A stretch of 64,000 nucleotides of DNA from Eledone cirrhosa (Eukaryota). Within the stretch, counting starts at the first letter, position 1, and the number at the start of each line of letters is the position of its first letter. The notes under the pieces were generated by a model. The model did not search any database. It was not told the DNA's origin and saw only the letters and a program-made list of their open reading frames with translations. Of this stretch, positions 55,162 to 64,000 are shown one piece after another. The stretch covers positions 1 to 64,000 of the forward strand of contig CAXHJY010000346.1 in NCBI GenBank assembly GCA_964016885.1, given 5' to 3'. The position numbers were made by a program, and so were the translations under genes.

Positions 55162-56296
55162 GATATCTTGCTGAAATTCACGCCACACATAGCCAATGAG
55201 TGTCTGCACATGTACCAGTAATTACAGATCGATCCGACCACGGGCGGCCGGCCCGCGATTGAAAAGGTAACTCCGCCGGCAAATCGTCATTTTTGGATTC
55301 GTTTTCTTCGAAGCACACCATTCGCCGGCGGACTTTGCTGACGTTTAACACGGTTTGGTTCCACAGCCACAACTATTGATTTTACGGAGATATCTTGCTG
55401 AAATTCACGCCACCCATAGCCAATGAGTGTCTGCACATGTACCAGTAATTACAGATCGATCCGACCACGGGCGGCCGGGCCGCGATTGAAAAGGTAACTC
55501 CGCCGGCAAATCGTCATTTTTGGATTCGTTTTCTTCGAAGCACACCATTCGCCGGCGGACTTTGTTGACGTTTAACACGGTTTGGTTCCACAGCCACAAC
55601 TATTGATTTTACGGAGATATCTTGCTGAAATTCACGCCACACATAGCCAATGAGTGTCTGCACATGTACCAGTAATTACAGATCGATCCGACCACGGGCG
55701 GCCGGGCCGCGATTGAAAAGGTAACTCCGCCGGCAAATCGTCATTTTTGGATTCGTTTTCTTCGAAGCACACCATTCGCCGGCGGACTTTGCTGACGTTT
55801 AACACGGTTTGGTTCCACAGCCACAACTATTGATTTTACGGAGATATCTTGCTGAAATTCACGCCACACATAGCCAATGAGTGTCTGCACATGTACCAGT
55901 AATTACAGATCGATCCGACCACGGGCGGCCGGCCCGCGATTGAAAAGGTAACTCCGCCGGCAAATCGTCATTTTTGGATTCGTTTTCTTCGAAGCACACC
56001 ATTTGCCGGCGGACTTTGCTGACGTTTAACACGGTTTGGTTCCACAGCCACAACTATTGATTTTACGGAGATATCTTGCTGAAATTCACGCCACACATAG
56101 CCAATGAGTGTCTGCACATGTACCAGTAATTACAGATCGATCCGACCACGGGCGGCCGGCCCGCGATTGAAAAGGTAACTCCGCCGGCAAATCGTCATTT
56201 TTGGATTCGTTTTCTTCGAAGCACACCATTCGCCGGCGGACTTTGTTGACGTTTAACACGGTTTGGTTCCACAGCCACAACTATTGATTTTACGGA

Positions 56297-59200
56297 GATA
56301 TCTTGCTGAAATTCACGCCACACATAGCCAATGAGTGTCTGCACATGTACCAGTAATTACAGATCGATCCGACCACGGGCGGCCGGCCCGCGATTGAAAA
56401 GGTAACTCCGCCGGCAAATCGTCATTTTTGGATTCGTTTTCTTCGAAGCACACCATTCGCCGGCGGACTTTGTTGACGTTTAACACGGTTTGGTTCCACA
56501 GCCACAACTATTGATTTTACGGAGATATCTTGCTGAAATTCACGCCACCCATAGCCAATGAGTGTCTGCACATGTACCAGTAATTACAGATCGATCCGAC
56601 CACGGGCGGCCGGCCCGCGATTGAAAAGGTAACTCCGCCGGCAAATCGTCATTTTTGGATTCGTTTTCTTCGAAGCACACCATTCGCCGGCGGACTTTGC
56701 TGACGTTTAACACGGTTTGGTTCCACAGCCACAACTATTGATTTTACGGAGATATCTTGCTGAAATTCACGCCACCCATAGCCAATGAGTGTCTGCACAG
56801 GTACCAGTAATTACAGATCGATCCGACCACGGGCGGCCGGCCCGCGATTGAAAAGGTAACTCCGCCGGCAAATCGTCATTTTTGGATTCGTTTTCTTCGA
56901 AGCACACCATTCGCCGGCGGACTTTGTTGACGTTTAACACGGTTTGGTTCCACAGCCACAACTATTGATTTTACGGAGATATCTTGCTGAAATTCACGCC
57001 ACCCATAGCCAATGAGTGTCTGCACATGTACCAGTAATTACAGATCGATCCGACCACGGGCGGCCGGCCCGCGATTGAAAAGGTAACTCCGCCGGCAAAT
57101 CGTCATTTTTGGATTCGTTTTCTTCGAAGCACACCATTCGCCGGCGGACTTTGCTGACGTTTAACACGGTTTGGTTCCACAGCCACAACTATTGATTTTA
57201 CGGAGATATCTTGCTGAAATTCACGCCACCCATAGCCAATGAGTGTCTGCACATCTACCAGTAATTACAGATCGATCCGACCACGGGCGGCCGGCCCGCG
57301 ATTGAAAAGGTAACTCCGCCGGCAAATCGTCATTTTTGGATTCGTTTTCTTCGAAGCACACCATTCGCCGGCGGACTTTGCTGACGTTTAACACGGTTTG
57401 GTTCCACAGCCACAACTATTGATTTTACGGAGATATCTTGCTGAAATTCACGCCACACATAGCCAATGAGTGTCTGCACATGTACCAGTAATTACAGATC
57501 GATCCGACCACGGGCGGCCGGCCCGCGATTGAAAAGGTAACTCCGCCGGCAAATCGTCATTTTTGGATTCGTTTTCTTCGAAGCACACCATTCGCCGGCG
57601 GACTTTGTTGACGTTTAACATGGTTTGGTTCCACAGCCACAACTATTGATTTTACGGAGATATCTTGCTGAAATTCACGCCACACATAGCCAATGAGTGT
57701 CTGCACATGTACCAGTAATTACAGATCGATCCGACCACGGGCGGCCGGGCCGCGATTGAAAAGGTAACTCCGCCGGCAAATCGTCATTTTTGGATTCGTT
57801 TTCTTCGAAGCACACCATTCGCCGGCGGACTTTGCTGACGTTTAACACGGTTTGGTTCCACAGCCACAACTATTGATTTTACGGAGATATCTTGCTGAAA
57901 TTCACGCCACACATAGCCAATGAGTGTCTGCACATGTACCAGTAATTACAGATCGATCCGACCACGGGCGGCCGGCCCGCGATTGAAAAGGTAACTCCGC
58001 CGGCAAATCGTCATTTTTGGATTCGTTTTCTTCGAAGCACACCATTTGCCGGCGGACTTTGCTGACGTTTAACACGGTTTGGTTCCACAGCCACAACTAT
58101 TGATTTTACGGAGATATCTTGCTGAAATTCACGCCACACATAGCCAATGAGTGTCTGCACATGTACCAGTAATTACAGATCGATCCGACCACGGGCGGCC
58201 GGCCCGCGATTGAAAAGGTAACTCCGCCGGCAAATCGTCATTTTTGGATTCGTTTTCTTCGAAGCACACCATTCGCCGGCGGACTTTGTTGACGTTTAAC
58301 ACGGTTTGGTTCCACAGCCACAACTATTGATTTTACGGAGATATCTTGCTGAAATTCACGCCACCCATAGCCAATGAGTGTCTGCACATGTACCAGTAAT
58401 TACAGATCGATCCGACCACGGGCGGCCGGCCCGCGATTGAAAAGGTAACTCCGCCGGCAAATCGTCATTTTTGGATTCGTTTTCTTCGAAGCACACCATT
58501 CGCCGGCGGACTTTGCTGACGTTTAACACGGTTTGGTTCCACAGCCACAACTATTGATTTTACGGAGATATCTTGCTGAAATTCACGCCACCCATAGCCA
58601 ATGAGTGTCTGCACAGGTACCAGTAATTACAGATCGATCCGACCACGGGCGGCCGGCCCGCGATTGAAAAGGTAACTCCGCCGGCAAATCGTCATTTTTG
58701 GATTCGTTTTCTTCGAAGCACACCATTCGCCGGCGGACTTTGTTGACGTTTAACACGGTTTGGTTCCACAGCCACAACTATTGATTTTACGGAGATATCT
58801 TGCTGAAATTCACGCCACCCATAGCCAATGAGTGTCTGCACATGTACCAGTAATTACAGATCGATCCGACCACGGGCGGCCGGCCCGCGATTGAAAAGGT
58901 AACTCCGCCGGCAAATCGTCATTTTTGGATTCGTTTTCTTCGAAGCACACCATTCGCCGGCGGACTTTGCTGACGTTTAACACGGTTTGGTTCCACAGCC
59001 ACAACTATTGATTTTACGGAGATATCTTGCTGAAATTCACGCCACCCATAGCCAATGAGTGTCTGCACATCTACCAGTAATTACAGATCGATCCGACCAC
59101 GGGCGGCCGGCCCGCGATTGAAAAGGTAACTCCGCCGGCAAATCGTCATTTTTGGATTCGTTTTCTTCGAAGCACACCATTCGCCGGCGGACTTTGCTGA

Positions 59201-59928
59201 CGTTTAACACGGTTTGGTTCCACAGCCACAACTATTGATTTTACGGAGATATCTTGCTGAAATTCACGCCACACATAGCCAATGAGTGTCTGCACATGTA
59301 CCAGTAATTACAGATCGATCCGACCACGGGCGGCCGGCCCGCGATTGAAAAGGTAACTCCGCCGGCAAATCGTCATTTTTGGATTCGTTTTCTTCGAAGC
59401 ACACCATTCGCCGGCGGACTTTGTTGACGTTTAACATGGTTTGGTTCCACAGCCACAACTATTGATTTTACGGAGATATCTTGCTGAAATTCACGCCACA
59501 CATAGCCAATGAGTGTCTGCACATGTACCAGTAATTACAGATCGATCCGACCACGGGCGGCCGGGCCGCGATTGAAAAGGTAACTCCGCCGGCAAATCGT
59601 CATTTTTGGATTCGTTTTCTTCGAAGCACACCATTCGCCGGCGGACTTTGCTGACGTTTAACACGGTTTGGTTCCACAGCCACAACTATTGATTTTACGG
59701 AGATATCTTGCTGAAATTCACGCCACACATAGCCAATGAGTGTCTGCACATGTACCAGTAATTACAGATCGATCCGACCACGGGCGGCCGGCCCGCGATT
59801 GAAAAGGTAACTCCGCCGGCAAATCGTCATTTTTGGATTCGTTTTCTTCGAAGCACACCATTTGCCGGCGGACTTTGCTGACGTTTAACACGGTTTGGTT
59901 CCACAGCCACAACTATTGATTTTACGGA
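56297..59928. repeat. Tandem 8-monomer duplication (1816 bp)
   Basis: Monomers 249-256 match 257-264. C190T (QTM in the ORF track) occurs at 57621 and 59437. Confidence 0.85.
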
Positions 59929-62900
59929 GATATCTTGCTGAAATTCACGCCACACATAGCCAATGAGTGTCTGCACATGTACCAGTAATTACAGATCGAT
60001 CCGACCACGGGCGGCCGGCCCGCGATTGAAAAGGTAACTCCGCCGGCAAATCGTCATTTTTGGATTCGTTTTCTTCGAAGCACACCATTCGCCGGCGGAC
60101 TTTGTTGACGTTTAACACGGTTTGGTTCCACAGCCACAACTATTGATTTTACGGAGATATCTTGCTGAAATTCACGCCACCCATAGCCAATGAGTGTCTG
60201 CACATGTCCCAGTAATTACAGATCGATCCGACCACGGGCGGCCGGGCCGCGATTGAAAAGGTAACTCCGCCGGCAAATCGTCATTTTTGGATTCGTTTTC
60301 TTCGAAGCACACCATTCGCCGGCGGACTTTGCTGACGTTTAACACGGTTTGGTTCCACAGCCACAACTATTGATTTTACGGAGATATCTTGCTGAAATTC
60401 ACGCCACACATAGCCAATGAGTGTCTGCACATGTACCAGTAATTACAGATCGATCCGACCACGGGCGGCCGGCCCGCGATTGAAAAGGTAACTCCGCCGG
60501 CAAATCGTCATTTTTGGATTCGTTTTCTTCGAAGCACACCATTTGCCGGCGGACTTTGCTGACGTTTAACACGGTTTGGTTCCACAGCCACAACTATTGA
60601 TTTTACGGAGATATCTTGCTGAAATTCACGCCACACATAGCCAATGAGTGTCTGCACATGTACCAGTAATTACAGATCGATCCGACCACGGGCGGCCGGC
60701 CCGCGATTGAAAAGGTAACTCCGCCGGCAAATCGTCATTTTTGGATTCGTTTTCTTCGAAGCACACCATTCGCCGGCGGACTTTGTTGACGTTTAACACG
60801 GTTTGGTTCCACAGCCACAACTATTGATTTTACGGAGATATCTTGCTGAAATTCACGCCACCCATAGCCAATGAGTGTCTGCACATGTACCAGTAATTAC
60901 AGATCGATCCGACCACGGGCGGCCGGCCCGCGATTGAAAAGGTAACTCCGCCGGCAAATCGTCATTTTTGGATTCGTTTTCTTCGAAGCACACCATTTGC
61001 CGGCGGACTTTGCTGACGTTTAACACGGTTTGGTTCCACAGCCACAACTATTGATTTTACGGAGATATCTTGCTGAAATTCACGCCACCCATAGCCAATG
61101 AGTGTCTGCACAGGTACCAGTAATTACAGATCGATCCGACCACGGGCGGCCGGCCCGCGATTGAAAAGGTAACTCCGCCGGCAAATCGTCATTTTTGGAT
61201 TCGTTTTCTTCGAAGCACACCATTCGCCGGCGGACTTTGCTGACGTTTAACACGGTTTGGTTCCACAGCCACAACTATTGATTTTACGGAGATATCTTGC
61301 TGAAATTCACGCCACACATAGCCAATGAGTGTCTGCACATGTACCAGTAATTACAGATCGATCCGACCACGGGCGGCCGGCCCGCGATTGAAAAGGTAAC
61401 TCCGCCGGCAAATCGTCATTTTTGGATTCGTTTTCTTCGAAGCACACCATTCGCCGGCGGACTTTGTTGACGTTTAACATGGTTTGGTTCCACAGCCACA
61501 ACTATTGATTTTACGGAGATATCTTGCTGAAATTCACGCCACACATAGCCAATGAGTGTCTGCACATGTACCAGTAATTACAGATCGATCCGACCACGGG
61601 CGGCCGGGCCGCGATTGAAAAGGTAACTCCGCCGGCAAATCGTCATTTTTGGATTCGTTTTCTTCGAAGCACACCATTCGCCGGCGGACTTTGCTGACGT
61701 TTAACACGGTTTGGTTCCACAGCCACAACTATTGATTTTACGGAGATATCTTGCTGAAATTCACGCCACACATAGCCAATGAGTGTCTGCACATGTACCA
61801 GTAATTACAGATCGATCCGACCACGGGCGGCCGGCCCGCGATTGAAAAGGTAACTCCGCCGGCAAATCGTCATTTTTGGATTCGTTTTCTTCGAAGCACA
61901 CCATTTGCCGGCGGACTTTGCTGACGTTTAACACGGTTTGGTTCCACAGCCACAACTATTGATTTTACGGAGATATCTTGCTGAAATTCACGCCACACAT
62001 AGCCAATGAGTGTCTGCACATGTACCAGTAATTACAGATCGATCCGACCACGGGCGGCCGGCCCGCGATTGAAAAGGTAACTCCGCCGGCAAATCGTCAT
62101 TTTTGGATTCGTTTTCTTCGAAGCACACCATTCGCCGGCGGACTTTGTTGACGTTTAACACGGTTTGGTTCCACAGCCACAACTATTGATTTTACGGAGA
62201 TATCTTGCTGAAATTCACGCCACCCATAGCCAATGAGTGTCTGCACATGTCCCAGTAATTACAGATCGATCCGACCACGGGCGGCCGGGCCGCGATTGAA
62301 AAGGTAACTCCGCCGGCAAATCGTCATTTTTGGATTCGTTTTCTTCGAAGCACACCATTCGCCGGCGGACTTTGCTGACGTTTAACACGGTTTGGTTCCA
62401 CAGCCACAACTATTGATTTTACGGAGATATCTTGCTGAAATTCACGCCACACATAGCCAATGAGTGTCTGCACATGTACCAGTAATTACAGATCGATCCG
62501 ACCACGGGCGGCCGGCCCGCGATTGAAAAGGTAACTCCGCCGGCAAATCGTCATTTTTGGATTCGTTTTCTTCGAAGCACACCATTTGCCGGCGGACTTT
62601 GCTGACGTTTAACACGGTTTGGTTCCACAGCCACAACTATTGATTTTACGGAGATATCTTGCTGAAATTCACGCCACACATAGCCAATGAGTGTCTGCAC
62701 ATGTACCAGTAATTACAGATCGATCCGACCACGGGCGGCCGGCCCGCGATTGAAAAGGTAACTCCGCCGGCAAATCGTCATTTTTGGATTCGTTTTCTTC
62801 GAAGCACACCATTCGCCGGCGGACTTTGTTGACGTTTAACACGGTTTGGTTCCACAGCCACAACTATTGATTTTACGGAGATATCTTGCTGAAATTCACG

Positions 62901-63106
62901 CCACCCATAGCCAATGAGTGTCTGCACATGTACCAGTAATTACAGATCGATCCGACCACGGGCGGCCGGCCCGCGATTGAAAAGGTAACTCCGCCGGCAA
63001 ATCGTCATTTTTGGATTCGTTTTCTTCGAAGCACACCATTTGCCGGCGGACTTTGCTGACGTTTAACACGGTTTGGTTCCACAGCCACAACTATTGATTT
63101 TACGGA
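59248..63106. repeat. Tandem duplication, period 9 monomers (2043 bp)
   Basis: Monomers 262-269 match 271-278. Private A53C occurs only at 60208 and 62251, and C190T at 59437 and 61480. Confidence 0.85.
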
Positions 63107-64000
63107 GATATCTTGCTGAAATTCACGCCACCCATAGCCAATGAGTGTCTGCACAGGTACCAGTAATTACAGATCGATCCGACCACGGGCGGCCGGCCCG
63201 CGATTGAAAAGGTAACTCCGCCGGCAAATCGTCATTTTTGGATTCGTTTTCTTCGAAGCACACCATTCGCCGGCGGACTTTGTTGACGTTTAACACGGTT
63301 TGGTTCCACAGCCACAACTATTGATTTTACGGAGATATCTTGCTGAAATTCACGCCACACATAGCCAATGAGTGTCTGCACATGTACCAGTAATTACAGA
63401 TCGATCCGACCACGGGCGGCCGGCCCGCGATTGAAAAGGTAACTCCGCCGGCAAATCGTCATTTTTGGATTCGTTTTCTTCGAAGCACACCATTCGCCGG
63501 CGGACTTTGTTGACGTTTAACACGGTTTGGTTCCACAGCCACAACTATTGATTTTACGGAGATATCTTGCTGAAATTCACGCCACCCATAGCCAATGAGT
63601 GTCTGCACATGTACCAGTAATTACAGATCGATCCGACCACGGGCGGCCGGCCCGCGATTGAAAAGGTAACTCCGCCGGCAAATCGTCATTTTTGGATTCG
63701 TTTTCTTCGAAGCACACCATTCGCCGGCGGACTTTGCTGACGTTTAACACGGTTTGGTTCCACAGCCACAACTATTGATTTTACGGAGATATCTTGCTGA
63801 AATTCACGCCACACATAGCCAATGAGTGTCTGCACATGTACCAGTAATTACAGATCGATCCGACCACGGGCGGCCGGCCCGCGATTGAAAAGGTAACTCC
63901 GCCGGCAAATCGTCATTTTTGGATTCGTTTTCTTCGAAGCACACCATTTGCCGGCGGACTTTGCTGACGTTTAACACGGTTTGGTTCCACAGCCACAACT

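Larger units (their letters stand above)
1..64000. repeat. Satellite DNA array, 227-bp monomer, about 282 tandem copies, continuing beyond both window ends
   Basis: The unit GATATCTTGCTGAAATTCACGCCAC(C/A)CATAGCCAATGAGTGTCTGCACA(T/G)GTACCAGTAATTACAGATCGATCCGACCACGGGCGGCCGGCCCGCGATTGAAAAGGTAACTCCGCCGGCAAATCGTCATTTTTGGATTCGTTTTCTTCGAAGCACACCATTCGCCGGCGGACTTTG(C/T)TGACGTTTAACACGGTTTGGTTCCACAGCCACAACTATTGATTTTACGGA recurs every 227 bp. ORF-track starts (17, 244, ... 63804) step by exactly 227 throughout. Copies differ by only a few substitutions. Confidence 0.99.

Noticed and set aside
17-63998. 282 copies of a 64-aa minus-strand ORF (MWLWNQTV...), resembling a tandem gene array
   Set aside because: It starts at TTG, has no recognisable domain and leaves only 32 bp between copies. 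The variants inside it are 11 nonsynonymous to 4 synonymous, about the neutral ratio, so there is no sign of purifying selection. It stays open simply because the copies are nearly identical.
1-64000. CRISPR array or diversity-cassette system
   Set aside because: There are no unique spacers or variable cassettes. The whole unit is repeated, and no cas, recombinase or reverse transcriptase gene is present.
1-64000. Synthetic concatemer or rolling-circle amplification artefact (many restriction-site palindromes, perfect period)
   Set aside because: Hierarchically shared variants, chimeric monomers and regional turnover indicate an evolved array rather than copies of one template, although local mis-assembly cannot be excluded.

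Overview
The whole 64 kb window is one uninterrupted head-to-tail array of a 227-bp monomer: 281 full copies plus a 213-bp partial copy, all in one orientation, about 50% GC with 19 CpG per unit. It is almost certainly eukaryotic satellite DNA, possibly (peri)centromeric. I cannot assign the family or the organism from sequence alone. There are no length changes, insertions, inversions, recognisable genes, RNA genes, transposons or CRISPR arrays. The 282 64-aa ORFs are artefacts of the repeat. Copies differ only by substitutions at about 17 monomer positions that I could see (10, 26, 50, 51, 52, 53, 61, 68, 80, 82, 91, 150, 162, 169, 177, 190, 220; position 1 = G of GATATC at window base 1). 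Typing each monomer at these sites shows a dimeric alternation and nested, variable-length block duplications with offsets of 7, 8, 9, 14, 21/23, 24, 37 and 57 monomers. It also shows recombinant junction monomers and a left-to-right turnover of variants across about 30-38 kb. The monomer itself is rich in dyad symmetry. I found no well-supported novel functional system; the functional ideas below (promoter-like and SL-RNA-like motifs) are low-confidence hypotheses.
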